DNA of 64,000 nucleotides. Origin: Amphiscolops sp. MND2022 (taxonomy: Eukaryota). The notes beneath the pieces are model-generated. The model was not told the origin of the DNA and did not search any database. It saw only the letters and a list, made by a program, of their open reading frames with translations. The stretch spans positions 97,466,001 through 97,530,000 of the forward strand of contig OZ076409.1 in assembly GCA_964187785.1 (NCBI GenBank). Direction: 5' to 3'. Shown piece by piece: positions 13,001 through 28,837 of the stretch (position 1 is the first letter of the stretch; each line of letters starts with the position of its first letter). The translations under genes were made by a program, and so were the position numbers.

Positions 13001-16000
13001 TTTTCTTTAAAAAAGCGCCGCTGACCAAAAAGCAATGAAAAATCAAGCAGAATTTCCAAAGTATCTATAAAAGTTCACTTGGTGATGATTCCCTCGAAGT
13101 GCGAAAATTAGTAAAATGACCGAACAATTTGTTCCACAACAGTAGAAAAAAAGCAATGAAAAAGGAGAATCTCCGAAGTGTATATAAAAGTTCACCTGGT
13201 GGGGATGTGGTTGTTGATTAGCAGCAGCAGCTGGCAGCACCCCGTAGATGTCCAGTCCCTCCTCGGTGAGGGTGCCTGTCTTGTCGAAGCAGAAGACGTC
13301 CACCTGCCCCGCCAGGTTCACCCGCGGGGGACTGATGCAGAAGATGTTGCGCTTCTTCAGCCTACACACAAAAACACACCCTCACGTTCCATTCCAAGTC
13401 ATTACAAATCTCATTTTGCTACATAAACACAATATGAATCAATGATTGAGGTTGTTGAGTACATGACATTTCGTACTGCAAATAAATCTAAGGACCGTGT
13501 GCATCGAAACCACAGTTTCTAAGTGAATTGTTACTTGCACTTTTAGTGTAACTAATCTTTCAACATTTTTAGTTGGCGCTTCATGAAGTTAAACGCGACT
13601 ATATTAGTGACTTTTTTCAATCCACACGAACTAGTCAAAATAGTTCTAAAAAACTCTACGAAATTTTAAGGGGCCAAAGTGGACAAAGTGGACAACTGAA
13701 ATACAAAAGATGTTCCTTTTTTAACCGTAACATACAAAACCGGACGAGACCAAAGGGTTCCCTCTTTTCGATTTTTTCGGCATTGTGAGATTAAAATTTT
13801 CAATGTCCCCAAAGGGTCCCTCTTCATTTTTTGATATTTTGCAACAGAATGGATGTTAAAAAATCTCAAAGGCCCTCTTTTACAGTTTTTGGAATTGTGA
13901 GATTTTTCAAAATGAGTATTTTTTGTCTTAAAAATAGGATTTCTGAGGCCCAGCGCGCTATATCCGCATTTTGTTTTTTTTTTAAAAAAAGATCGGCGTT
14001 TTTTCTATGCTACTTTTTTTTCTAATTTGTTTTCATCGAAGCCCCCCTCAATTTTTACAAGAAACGAAACGTTTTGCGAGCGTTAAGGATTCCTCAAGGT
14101 TTTCGGCACTATGCGACCTACTGGAGACCATCAACAAAATTTTTCGAAAAAATCCGAATTTTTCCCCTCAATTTTCTGTTTTTTTAAAGGTTTTCCGTTG
14201 AGAAAGATGGGTTTTTAACTGTTTCCAGTTGGGGAAGAAATGTTTTCGAGTCGTATGCGTTCCCTTCGTTGGGTGCATTCGGAGGGGGTTGATACTCTGA
14301 CCTGGAGACGGCGTAGTGGATGCCGATCGTGAGAGCACTGGGGAGTGCGGGGGGCACGCAGATGGTGATGACGTCAAGCCCCGTGACGATGGCGTCGAAC
14401 ACGGGGTCCCCGCTGGACAGCAGGTCGTAGATGCTGAACACAGTGCCCCCTATCGCGATCACACTCATCATGCCCACGAACCGAAACGCGTCCTGAAATA
14501 GGAAAGCAAACCCATCCAATCCAATCAACGCTATCCTCACTCGTCAATCATCATCACGTTTTTAGTGGGCGGTAAATTCACGTACACAAAAAAATTTAAG
14601 GCCCGGGTACGGGCCCAGCCCGACCCAAATAGATACGTAAGCAAAAAGACAGTCATAAGCAAGTTTAGAAAATTGGGCAGTACGAATGCCTTGATTTTTT
14701 GCATGCGGCTTTTGTTAGCTAATCTAAGAATATTAGGGGTAAAAATTGGAAAATATTCAAAAAATGTTTATTTATCTCCAAATGGGTCAATTTTGGGGGT
14801 TAGACCGATATACAAGTCCGGAATCAGTATTTCAAGATCAGCACGACGCGGCAAAAGAAAATAGTGTAAAGTTTTTCAATTTTTCAAAAAATCCATTTTT
14901 TCATCTACTGCTTGTCCCTATAGCGGGTGAGGTAGTCAGAGACCCCAATATATATTTTTCAAAGTTGTTTTGTTTGTAAATGGATAGTCACAAGGTCACT
15001 GATGGGTCTATGGGGTTACAAATGAACCAAAAGAAGGCTTGAACAGTCAATTTTTATTTTTAAAAAATTTGACTTTGTGTTTCAAGCTTCTCAATTTCGA
15101 AATCTTCAATATTGAGATCAATTTTTTGGTGTCAATTTTCTTTTCATAAATGGTCCGCTCTATCGGGAATGCTGATCATCGCATGACTCGTTGATAGCAA
15201 TGGACTACATACCGAAGGTTAGCGTTGATGAAAAATTTTTTCGACAGTGTATCTTTTTTGACAAATTTTCACTTTTCGGCTTTTGTCACACTTTTGGACA
15301 TTTCATGCCTAAACAAATCAAGTTGCCCCACCAATCTGTTCTTCAAAAAGCTTTATGATTTAGTGATGGGACACAAGAACAGTAATTTGTGGCCATATAA
15401 GTATTTTCTGGGCCGAATAACTCTCGTATGGTTTGAAATATGTTGACTTTTTTTACTCCAAGTGTTAATGATGGCTCAAAATGCAATGTGTTGACATTCG
15501 ATATACCGATTTTTGAAAATTCAAATATCCATCAGAAGACTTGCTGAATGACCTTATTTTGAAACTCACTAGACCCGAGCTCGAAACAAAATTTTTTGGT
15601 TAGATTTTCGCTGATATGAAAATTTGGTCTGTTTCGACGGTATGTAAAAGAGCATCTACTGTAGAGTACCCTTTTTGAATCCGAATTGTTTTTCATCAGG
15701 GAGTTTTTTGTCATTGATGAAAATTCGCTTTGTATTTCAATAGGTTTCTCTAAAATTTTTGCACACGGACATGTCATTGAAGTTTTCTACATTGGTCGGT
15801 AGTTTTCTGGTTCTAATTCGCTTCCGTCTTTGCATATTGGAGTCACTGTCGGCTTTTCCAAGATTTGCAACACTCTTTTTAGTGTGCGATTTTATCATCT
15901 CGTCTGTCTTATATTCAGGGTGGAGCTGTCCCAATGTAGCAAATTTATAGTTCGTAAGCCATCTGTTTAGGATCCGTTATTTTCGTGCCGAAAGAATTTC

Positions 16001-19000
16001 TTAAGGCTTCTAATTTTACTTCATTGTCTTTGTGAATTCATTGATGTATTTCCATTTTGCCTTCTGGGTATTCAGACTAGAAAAGAGCTGTTGTGATTGT
16101 TTTTCATGGGCTCAATTTGTTCCTTGCTTTTTTAAAGTGAGTAAGGTTTCCCGGAGTTCTTGAGATTTGCCAGAGTAATCTTTTCTTTTTTCAGTATTTT
16201 CTGCTACGGAAATTTTTTTTTCTTGTCCCTTCTTATATAAACGTTCTTTAGAAGTGCCACTGGGTTTAGGCATTCGTCAAACTTTTCAATGAAGCGGGCT
16301 AATTTTTCCCCGTGCCATCTATTGTGTATATTTGATCGAGATTCCTTGCTGTCAAAAGTTTAGGAATCCTTCTTTAGCATAGTTAGGCATGACTCGTATT
16401 GTTATCAGGTTTACATCGCATTTGATGTTTGGCCTGATGCAAGAAATAGCAGCGACCTTTTGGTGGTTGGTACCTAAGACGGTATCGGTGACGAATATTT
16501 CCTTGATGAAATCTTGTTCGCTAATAATGTAGTCAATTCGAGTTTCGGCTATTTTACAAAGTCGTGTTGGAATATTCTGTAGACATGATCGTAGTCCGTG
16601 GGGTTCGAATTCATTTTCTATTTTCCTTTTCTCCTTCCAACCCATCACTGAGGTTGTAGATGGAACGTAATCTGCTCGGAGGGTATTCTGCTCGAAGGGT
16701 ATTGTAACATACACTAATGATATGCGTTGAGTTTTTTGAGTGTAATTTTGACCCATAATCCTTCCAACCAGGCGGGATGAAAGAAATTCAGGTCATCCCT
16801 CAATTGGCATTTGAACCTCTTTGAAACGAGGATGGCAACTCCTCCTTGTTCTTGATGACTACAAACGTTATCTCGATCTGCACGGAAGCACTTGCGAGTG
16901 CATTCATTGACCATATGTTTTTAGGGGCGCTTCATGGACTAAAACGCGACTATTATAGTGACTCTTTTTTTTCTATCCACACAAACTGACCAAAATAGTT
17001 CTTAAAAGTTCTACAACATATTATTGCACCAAATTGCACCATTTGGCCTAGCGAACTGAACCAAAAAGATTTTTCCTGTTTTTCCGCGTAACATACCATA
17101 CCGGGCGAGACCAAAGGTTCCCCCCTTTCATTTGTTTTCAGCACTGCGAGACTTTTTTTGCTCAATTTTTTTTGCTGTTTTGCGTCAGAATGGACGTTGG
17201 AAAATCCCAAAGGGTGCCCCTTCCAGTTTTTTCGGCACTGAGATTTTTTTCCGAAAATAAAAACTTTCCTCCTTCAATTTTTTGATGTTTTGGGACAGAA
17301 TGGATGCTGAAAAACCCCATAGGTTCCCCGCTTTCAGTTTTTCGGCATTGTGAGATTTTTTTTCTGGATTTTTCTCTCTCCAAAGGGTCCCCCCTTCAAT
17401 TTCGTAGATATTTTACAACAGATTGGGTGTTTAAACAGATGGTGAGACTTTTTTTTCGGAAATTTGTTTTTTTCTCCAAAAGGTCCCCCTTTCAACTGCG
17501 ACAAAAATGTTGACAATTTCGGAAGTGTCCCCCTTTTAGCGCGCCAGGGGCTCGCGCTAGCGGGCCCCGGCGCGCCACTCGGTCCATTTTTTTGCTTTTT
17601 CGATTTTCGAGTACTGTGAATTGACTCTTGGAAGTCCTTTTGCTATTTTTGAACCTTGGATATAGCGCCGCCGACTTCGGCCGGTCCCAGCTTGTTATAA
17701 TCTTTATTCAGCCAGGTTTCAGTAAGACATATCATGGTGTTTTTATCGAAGCTAGTCATTAAGAGTTCTAACTCAGTGTATCTGTGTTGTAGCGATCGAC
17801 AGTTCAGCAGTACAAATTTTAGATATTGTTTCTTGTTTTCTGACTGTTTGACGACTTTCTCGTAATATATGGTGCTTTCTCGGGGAAGGTCCAGGATTTG
17901 TCTCAACATCTCCTGATTCTTTTAGCTTTTTCTATATTAGATAATGTCGACTTGATTTTTTTGAGTTTTGTCTTTTATACTTAAGAAAACGGAGTCTAAA
18001 ATGCTTTTGGTTAGCTATAATGTTCAATAGACACCATTCGCACTGTTGGATGGTAAAAAACTCACAGACCTTGTAGAACATGAGGTCGATGGGTTTGGGG
18101 TGGAGCATGCTGCGTATCATCTGGCCCCTGGAGGTCATGAAGCCGGTCCTGAGCACGTAGGCCATGGCCACCTCGCCCTGGAAGTTGTTGGTCCTGACCA
18201 GCTCAGTCCCCGCGTACAGCAGGTGCTTCCCCTGCACACTCATGTCCAGCTTCTCCCTCAACTGCGAGGCTTCACAACACAAACAGCAACCAGAGATTAT
18301 AACAAAGTCGCACATTGCCGAAAACAACTCAAATCTTTCTTATTCAAGTAAAATGGTCAAAATGTGAAAAGGAGGACACCGACGGATTCGTGAAATTTTT
18401 GTAGAATGTCCGCATTCGGTCACTTCGACTGGACTGAAAAGCAAGCCGGGACCGGCATAAGTCGGCGCCATATCTAAGGCTCGAAAATAGCACAAGGACT
18501 TCAAAATGTCAAGTATTCTCTTTTACAGTACCCGAAAACCCAAAACTTGGATCGAATTGGCCCGCCCTTTCGGATTTTTTAAAATCCATTCTGTTGCTGC
18601 AAAATATCAAGAAAAATTGAAGGGGGCCCTTTGGAGACATTAAAAATTAATCGAAAAAAGCCTCACAATGGCAAAAAACTGAAAGAGGGGACACTTTGGG
18701 ATTTTTCAACATCCATTCTGTAGCAAAACATCAAACGAATTAAAAAGTGGACCCTTTCGAGAATTTTTTTTCGAGAACGTCTCACAATGCCGAAAAAAAC
18801 TGAAAGGGGGACCCTTTAGTCTCGCCCGGTGTTGCATGTTACGCTGAAAAAGGAACAACTATTATAGTTCAATTCCAAATGGTCCAATGTGTCACCCTTT
18901 AGTTTCGTAGAACTTTGCAGAACTATTTCGGTCAGTTCGCGTGGATTGAAAAAAAAAGCGTCACTAGCATAGTCGCGTTTCAGTTCATGAAGCGCCGAAT

Positions 19001-22000
19001 TAAACTATATTGGGAAAGATATATTCCAATACACGAATATAGTGTAAACTGAATTCGGGGAAAAGTCAAATAACTTGCAACTATTTCAACTTCAACAGTT
19101 GAAAACGGGGCGCCCACGCGGCGCCGGGATATTTTCCGCAATACAAAAAATTTAAGGCTCCAGACCGGGTTCGAACCCACGAAATCCTGTCTGCCGACGG
19201 ACGCACTATCAAATGGATTTGATTTAAATGAAGTGGATATTTGGCAAAATTTTTAAAAAATGCTACACATATGGTGATGTTCCTCCCTCTACACAAATTT
19301 GTGGGGGGGGGGAATAATGACACTAAAAATGATCATCAATTATTTTGAATCTACAATTTTCGAAGGAGTCCCATCTACAAACACTCTGACAGCAAAAACC
19401 CTTATACAATTTAGTATAATACTAGATACGGTCATTAGCAAGGCACAGGACTTTTTGCAAGAAAAAGTGCATAGTCGAAGATAAGAATCGAAGGCTTCAA
19501 TCCCAATAGAGTTGCATAATGATTATAAGAGTTTTGACATCGCTATTTTTATCGCTAATAGCTAAACCGCTATTTCCCTGGAATATGTTTTCTTCAAACT
19601 AATAAGTAATTGAATTCAAGAATGTTTAAAATATAAATGATAAGTTAATTCAATTTTTGCATGAAAAAACCGTGTTTTTATAAACCGTTTTTATACTGTG
19701 TGGGTTTTACAGATGAGGAGTTGGAATTTTTAAAATTCATTTTGGAAGCCCTCGTGTATTTTCTGAAAGATTTTTCGAATTTTGACAATCTATTGATTGC
19801 CGCTAAAGTGAATCGTTAAGAAAATAGCTGGAAAACTTCAGCGCGGCTGCTAAAACGCTGATTAGCAGTGTCAAAACTTTGATGATAATACCCGGGTTTA
19901 CTTACCAAACTATAGGATTCATAAGTACAAGTTAAGAATGGTTACAAGGGAAATATATTTCTTTTAAATGTTCACAAAATTTCGTTGTTAAGTGAAATGA
20001 TTTTATATTATAGACGGGTGGCATGAAAGCAAAATTCTACTTCAAAAATCATATATATGATGTCAAGAATAGTTGTTTTAATATTATTTTTCATTTATGA
20101 CTTGGGTTATTATTTTCCAACCACATAAATTGGGGAGGAAAATCATGATTTGTGATGCGTTTTTAGTCCCGACTCTTACAGTAACAAAACTTACGACGCG
20201 TAAGGTCCACTTTTTTGTTCATTTGTTCAAAACTACGGAGGTTCAAAACACTCGAACCTCATAAGCGCGCGCGTCCAAAACGAAAAGAAACAACAAAACA
20301 GACGTCCAGAACCTCGAAAGCACACTAAGGATCCCCTCTTAGACCTCCCCCACACTTTTTTTGGCACTATGCGACTTTTTTTTGAAACTTTTTGGATTGC
20401 ACCAAAGGGTCCCCTTCATTTGTTTCGATATTTTGCAACTCAATGGATGTCAAAAAATCCCAAAGGGTCCCCCTATTACATTTTTCGGCACTGTGACACT
20501 GTTCAAAAATCTCAGTTTTCAAAAATTTTTGGGAAATTTTTTAAAGTCATTAAAGGGTCCCCTCTTCAATTTTTTTCTCATTTTGCAACCAGCTGTTTCA
20601 CAAAGCCCGAAGGGTCCCCCCTTTTACAATTTTGAGGCTTAGATATAGCGCCGACTTTGGCCGTTCTCGGCTTGTTTTTTACTAATTCTGCCAAAACTCC
20701 ACTTTATCTCCACTCCATTTATGCACTTAGTTACTTCAATTATGGTGGCTCAGTCGGGTTGAAGGTCCTGGGTTCGAACCCGGGCTGGTGCTTGAATTTT
20801 TTGTTTCCCAGCCAGTAGATCGTGGGTTCGAACCTCTCCTCTGCCATACTTTTTCGCCACAGGCGTGTCGCGGAAAATATCCCGGTGCTTAGCGGGCGTA
20901 TTGTTTATATGAAAATATAACAGATCATATACATGATTTGAAAATATGGTCATCACCTGGGCTCTGGACCGCACTCGAACCGCATTTTTAAAACTGTTTT
21001 CGGTCTATACCTTGCGGTTTACGGTTTCACTATAGGATTTCGAAATGAGAAACAAATTTAAAATTTTGTTCAAATAAGCTTGAAAAATCCAACAATTCAG
21101 TTTCACAACACATATGGTGATGTTCCTCCCTCTACACAAATTTGTGGGGGGGGGGAATAATGACACTAAAAATGATCATCAATTATTTTGAATCTACAAT
21201 TTTCGAAGGAGTCCCATCTACAAACACTCTGACAGCAAAAACCCTTATACAATTTAGTATAATACTAGATACGGTCATTAGCAAGGCACAGGACTTTTTG
21301 CAAGAAAAAGTGCATAGTCGAAGATAAGAATCGAAGGTTTCAATCCCAATAGAGTTGCATAATGATTATAAGAGTTTTGACATCGCTATTTTTATCGCTA
21401 ATAGCTAAACCGCTATTTCCCTGGAATACGTTTTCTTCAAACTAATAAGTAATTGAATTCAAGAATGTTTAAAATATAAATGATAAGTTAATTCAATTTT
21501 TGCATGAAAAAACCGTGTTTTTTAAACCGTTTTTATACTGTGTGGGTTTTACAGATGAGGAGTTGGAATTTTTAAAATTCATTTTGGAAGCCCTCGTGTA
21601 TTTTCTGAAAGATTTTTCGAATTTTGACAATCTATTGATTGCCGCTAAAGTGAATCGTTATGAAAATAGCTGGAAAACTTCAGCGCGGCTGCTAAAACGC
21701 TGATTAGCAGTGTCAAAACTTTGATGATAATACCCGGGTTTACCTACCAAACTATAGGATTCATAAGTACAAGTTAAGAATGGTTACAAGGGAAATATAT
21801 TTCTTTTAAATGTTCACAAAATTTCGTTGTTACGTGAAATGATTTTATATTATAGACGGGTGACATGAAAGCAAAATTATACTTCAAAAATCATATATAT
21901 GATGTCAAGAATAGTTGTTTTAATTTTATTTTTCATTTATGACTTGGGTTATTATTTTCCAACCACATAAATTGGGGAGGAAAATCATGATTTGTGATGC

Positions 22001-25000
22001 GTTTTTAGTCCCGACTCTTACAGTAAAAAAACTTACGACGCGTAAGGTCCACTTTTTTGTTCATTTGTTCAAAACTACGGAGGTTCAAAACACTCGAACC
22101 TCATAAGCGCGCGCGTCCAAAACGAAAAGAAACAACAAAACAGACGTCCAGAACCTCGAAAGCACACTAAGGATCCCCTCTTAGACCTCCCCCACACTTT
22201 TTTGGCACTATGCGACTTTTTTTGAAACTTTTTGGATTGCACCAAAGGGTCCCCCTTCATTTGTTTCGATATTTTGCAACACAATGGATGTCAAAAAATC
22301 CCAAAGGGTCCCCCTATTACATTTTTCGGCACTGTGACACTGTTCAATAATCTCAGTTTATAAAAACTTTTGGGAAATTTTTTAAAGTCATTAAAGGGTC
22401 CCCTCTTCGATTTTTTTCTTATTTTGCAACCAGCTGTTTCACAAAGCCCGAAGGGTCCCCGCTTTTACAATTTTGAGGCTTAGATATAGCGCCGACTTTG
22501 GCCGTTCTCGGCTTGTTTTTTACTAATTCTGCCAAAACTCCACTTTATCTCCACTCCATTTATGCACTTAGTTACTTCAATTATGGTGGCTCAGTCGGGT
22601 TGTAGGTCCTGGGTTCGATCCCTTGCTGGTGCTTGAATTTTTTGTTTCCCAGCCAGTAGGTCGTGGGTTCGAACCTCTCCTCTGCCATACTTTTTCGCCA
22701 CAGGCGTGTCGCGGAAAATATCCCGGTGCTTAGCGGGCGTATTGTTTATATGAAAATATAACAGATCATATACATGATTAACAGACCATATACATATGGT
22801 ATAACAGACCATATACAAAATATGGTCATCACCTGGGCTCTGGACCGCACTCGAACCGCATTTTTAAAACTGTTTTCGGTCTATACCTTGCGGTTTACGG
22901 TTTCACTATAGGATTTCGAAATGAGAAACAAATTTAAAATTTTGTTCAAATAAGCTTGAAAAATCCAACAATTCAGTTTCATGTGATAAAGAAATTTCCG
23001 AATGGATCAGAGGCGAAAGGATTAGTTTATGACGACTAAATACACGTTCAACTGATGCCTCACTTTTCATTATTTTCCTCAAAAATTGATCCCTGAATCA
23101 GGGTTCGCATGTTCAAAACAGAGGCTGTCTTAAACACGTTTTAAACAGCTGAAATTTAACGTTTGTCTTTTTACTGGGTAATTTTTCGAAAGAATTGCAA
23201 AAAAATTGCCGAGGATGTTCTTTCCCAGATCAGCAGGTCTGGAACGCATATTTAGTAGCCTCGTATTCGTGCATGATGAAACACACAACCGGCTCTCAAT
23301 AGAAAAAGCCAACAAAGTGGCATTTTGTCTAAGACTTTGGCAGTGATTTTTACATTAGAGTCTTACATTTTCGATGTTTTATATTTTTCTGTTTATGAAT
23401 TCAAATAGAGCTTTCGAGTTTTCGACATGTTTTTGACAAGCAATTTTTATGTTTAAAACGTTTAAAACATAATTTTTAAAGAATCTTTTTTTCCGAACCC
23501 TGCCCTGAATACTCGTATAGATAATGGGAGCTCATTGACGTCCTCTCCCATAGCAAATTTCGAAAAAGTGCCGCAATAAATTGTGCTGCGGTTTGAAATC
23601 AATTCGCGGTCCGGTTTATAGTGTGCGGTTTCTGATTAAATTAGCCAGAGTCCAGCTTGTGAACACTTGTTTTTAGAGTAGCAAAACTATTCTTATGACT
23701 ACTTATGCACTCGTACCTTTTTTCACCCGACGACCTTCCAATGAAAAAGTGCTAGGCAACCTTAATGAATATGTAAAACTTCCCAACAGATTCAACTAGG
23801 GTAGTATACTTCAGCATAAGAGGTTATCTTAGGAGATTTTAACTAAGGAGATTCAACTTGAGATTTCAACTTATTGGGTCTGTGTTTTTAGGAGTCGCAA
23901 AAAATTTTCGACTACTGAGGCACACGTACCATTTAGGTGGTAAGCGTTTAGGTGAGCAGCAAACACTTGTTTTTAGGAGTCGCAAAACTACTCTTATTAG
24001 GGGCGCGAATAACGTCTAAGGAATAACGTCGGGAATTAAGTGTTTCGGGAATAACGTCGAAAATTCAATGTATTAGGATTGGAAATGAGCATGACTGAGC
24101 ATGCTCCCCTGCTCTTATGACTACCTTTGCACTCGTACTGATGATGATACATATGAAAGTGCTTACCAGGGAAGTTGAAAGGGGACTTGGAGACGGGGAC
24201 ACTTTCGCCGGTGAGGCTGCTCTCGTTCATGATGACGTTGCCGGCGATGAGGAGACAGTCGGCCGGCATCTGCCCCAGCTGCTCGCTCCTGGCCGGGATC
24301 TCGATGACGTCACCGGGCACCAGACACTCGAAGTCCACCCTCAACATCTGAGTGTGCGAATGGTACTTGTCACTTCTCTTTTTCTCTCCACCCTCCCCCG
24401 ATTGCACCTCCTCTTCGTCTGCTGCAGAAACAGCAACATTTTGAACAAGCCGGGAACGGCCCAAGTCGGCGCCATATCTAAGGCTCAAAAATAGCAAAAG
24501 GACTTCAAAGTGTCAAGTACTCTCCTCTACAGTACCCAAAAAAAATTTCCAAATTTTTTTTTGAAATTTTTTGAAGTTTCTGGTAAGTCGCATTGTACCA
24601 AAAAATGTAAAAGGGGCCCTTTGGCTGTTTTTCAACATCCATTCTTTTGCAAAATAGGAAAAAAATGAAGGGTCGACCCTTCGGAGACATTAAAAAAATT
24701 GCGAAAAAGTCTCACAAAGACGAAAAAAACCTACACAAAAAAATTTGGTTAAGGGCGGGACTCGAAACCATGTCCTTCCGCTTGGCAGACCTCAAAAAGC
24801 CGTAACCTCTATGCCAGTGTGGTTTAGTGTTAGTGCCACTGGCAGACAATGTTAGTGCCAGACAGCAGTGTTAGTGCTTACTTATAAAATTTATAAAATC
24901 TGTCAGTTCGTTGGTCTTTAAAAAAGTCACTACTATAGTCTGCGTTTTTCTTCGAAAAGCGCCGACTAAAAATAAGACGGAAGGCTCAAAAAGTGCAAAG

Positions 25001-28000
25001 TTTTTCAAATATGCTCAGGACGTATTTATGAAAAGCTCAGAAAACAGCTTCGAGACACCCAAAGGGTGCCTCTCATGCTTGATAAGAATCGGAAACCAAT
25101 TTTTCCCCAACTGAGAACAAAAAAAAACATATGGGAGCGCTTTTCGAACCTCCGCCTCCTCCTTGGTAAAACGGAATATAATTCGGATATAACGTCAAAA
25201 ATTCGGATATAGCGCTTTAGTCAGGATATTACGTCCAAGTTTCGGAAAAAAAAATATTGGTAGATATTTACTGAGAAAACCTAATTTCGTACGAAAAATG
25301 ACAATTTTGAACAGTCTCATAGTGCCGAAAAAAACTAAAAGAGGGGATTCTTTGGGATTGTGAAATATCTATTGTTGCAAAATATTTAAAAAATTGAAGG
25401 GGGGGCCTTTGAAGACAAAAAAAATTCGAAAAAAAGTCGCACAGTGCCGAAAAAACTCAAAGGAAGGACCCTATAGTCTCATCTGGTTTTGTATCTTACG
25501 ATAAAAATGGAGTAACTGAAGGAGGGACCCTTTGCACTATCTTAAATGCGCTCCCCGTTCGTTTGCCGGTCCAGTAGTTTAGTAGTAAATTAACGTTCAG
25601 TAGTTAATTAACGTTCGTCGTTTCCAGTCTGTCTTAAAAAAATAAGAAAAAAAACGAGTGACTGTAATAGTCGGGCTCTTTTATTTATAAAAGCGCCGAC
25701 TAAAAATAGGCCCCTCCGGGCACATTATTATTTCTGCTTTAATCTTTCATTTATAATAGAATCATGTCTGGAATACCAATATACTCCTGTTTAATCATTA
25801 TTTAGCTCACAATTATTCACTGTACCAGGTTATACCGCCTTTAAATCTCGGACTAAAGCAAATATAACTACTAAGCGTAGACGAAATTTCACATTCGCAT
25901 TTGAATGCAGGCGAAGCTCTCGGCGAACGGATACTTACCACTCATTCGCTTTATCTCAATAACTCGGCGTACGAATGCATAATTACTTGCTCGTTCCATC
26001 GCACGAGAATTGAATTGTCATCGGCAGCTTGAGAAATATAAATCTCACGCTTATACTCACTGTCGAACAAAATACCTGAATGTTTAAGTATCGTGCGAAG
26101 AATTTTACTGAAAAAAAGTAGACATCTTAGGATTTCAATAAGATTCCTGCTATCGCAGGAATAATAAACTTAGGCCCCTGCTTTTAGGCTTTCATGTTCA
26201 ATAATAGAAGCATATCTGAATCAATTATATAGCGCAAATTATTTACTCTACCAGTTTACACCGCCTTTAAGTCTTCTCGGACTAAAGATAACAACTACTA
26301 AACGTAGACGAAGTTTCACATTCTCATATGAGTGCAGGCTTACAGTTTTTAACAGAAAAGATGCATGCACTGACCGTTATTGCGGTGAGCGTGATGGTGT
26401 TGTGGCGACAGTGACAGCGACTTGTGATCTTTGGGCAGAATGAGGTTGCATTGGCCGGTGTTGCGAGACATCTGTCTTAGAGTGAGGGCCTGACTTCTAA
26501 TCTCCCGGATCTCAATCACGATCGATACCACCGATATGATGATGATACACGCCGAGTAGTAGTAGTACACCTCCAGCATCCACAGAATCACACTGGCTGC
26601 AACACAAAAACAATGCTGACAAGAATTGACCCCCCCACTCACTCTCTTTAACACGGGCTACATATTTGAACATCATCGCCCTTTTTGGTTTGGATCAGAA
26701 TTTTAACATCGAAATGTTTTTCGCTAATCGCTAAACCGCTAATTTCAAAATCGCTATTTAGCTGAAAAAGTTTATTAAATGTTTGACTCGAAGTATCTTT
26801 GGAAAATAAATGGTAATATGATTTAGTTTTTGCAAGAAAAACTACTGAAATGTTTTATATCCCCTAGGTTGAAAAAAAATCTTGAAAATATATTGCAAGA
26901 CGTCTTGCAAGACAATGCATTAGTCTTGTGAACTGTCTGGCAAGATTCGTGCAAGAAATGAATATAAATTGCGAGGAAAGTACCAAACTTTTAAGATATT
27001 TGCATGCTTCGACTGTCCAAAAAAAACATTCGTTGGCTTCTCTCCACTGAACATCGCCGAATGATCAACTCAGCTAGTCCTTATTCTCACTTACTGATCA
27101 CAAAAGCGACTCCAGACTTTTTATTCAGATCTTGTTCATTTCTGTATTACCTCGACAGTGATTCCGTCCTCAAATGAGGACAGCGATTTTTTTCGCAATC
27201 AATAATAAATTACGACACGCAAAAAGCAAAGAGGAAAACCAAAAATTGTCTTTCCTATCGACAACCTATTGGACTATCTGGGATGAATTGTTATTTGTGT
27301 CAATATAGTTTTTTCCGAGCCACTGGCAGCAAGTAACTGAAGGAAGTGAAAAATTGCCAAAGAAATACATTTCAGAATTCGTTTTTCCTCAATAACTGAG
27401 CAACTGTTTGCTAAGTTACTGTCCCACTCTAGTAACAGAGTAGGCCACCAATGAAAACGCACATAGACGTTTTTTCAATGAAGCTTCAGTTATGAGTTCA
27501 ACCGACATTTGAAAGGCCCGGTGTACTGCCGAGGGTAAATAAGAAATCTTGCTTCAGTCACCTCAGTTCTGTCAATTTAAAATTGACTGAATAGAGACAG
27601 CGCTAGATAGATACGGAGTTTCACTTCTTAAATTTGAAGAACTCGAAAATGCAAACTCTAGAAAGAATTACATCTCTAGAAGTGTGATTCTTATTTCAAT
27701 TTCTTCCACACTACGGCTGTGTGGGTTTTACAAAATTCAGTTGAAATTTTTTGAAAGCCATTTTAAAACTCAGTGTGTAGTCTGAGGTATTTTAAAATAT
27801 GGGCAATCTATCAGTTGCCGCTAATTTGAATCGCTAATGGAATCACTTGAAAGCTCCCTCGCCGCCGCTAATTCGCTCATTAGCGGTGTCAAAACTCTCA
27901 TATAATACATACATCGTTTCAATTCATCTTTAAAACTTTCGTTATATTTTCCATTATTTATACTATACTAATTCATTTTTATTTATTATATTTATATTTA

Positions 28001-28804
28001 TTTATTATATAAAAAATATTTATTATATTATTTTTATTATATTTTTTATATTTTATTTTCTATATTATATTATTCATAGTATATTTTTAGTCGGCGCTTC
28101 ATGAAGTGAAACGCGACTATTATAGTGACTCTTTTTTTTTCTATCCACACGAACTGACCAAAATAGTTCTTAAAAGTTCTACAAAATATTATGGTGTCAA
28201 ATAGCACCATTTGGCCTAGCGAACTGGACCAAAATGGTTTTACCTGTTTTTCCGCGTAACATATCATACCGGGCGAGACCAAAGAGTCCCCCCTTTCAAT
28301 TTTTTCGGCACTGCGAGACAATTTTTTCGGATTTTTTTTTCGAAATTTTTTTTCCTCAAAGGGTCCCCCCTGCATTTTTTTGATGTTTTGCGACAGAATG
28401 GATGTTGGAAAATCCCAAAGGGTTCCTCCTTTCAGTTTTTTTCGGCATTGTGAGATTTTCTCCCGAAAATTAAAAAAAATTTTTTCTTCAATTTTTTCAT
28501 GTTTTACGACAGAATGAATGTTGAAAAACCTCAAAGGGTCCCCCCTTTCAGTTTTTCGGCATTGTGAGACGTTAGCGCGCCAGGGGCTCGCGGTAGCGAG
28601 CCCCGGTGCGCCACTCGGTCCATTTTTTTAGTATGTAATTTTTTCAAAAAAAAAATTCGAAAAATTTTCGATTTTCGACTACTGTAAACGAATACTTGAC
28701 ACTTGGAAGTCTTTTTGCTATTTTTGAGCCTTGGATATGGCGCCGACTTGGGCCGGTCCCGGCTTGTTTATATTATATATTTACATTATATTATTTATGG
28801 TATA

Positions 28805-28837
<33 letters not shown>

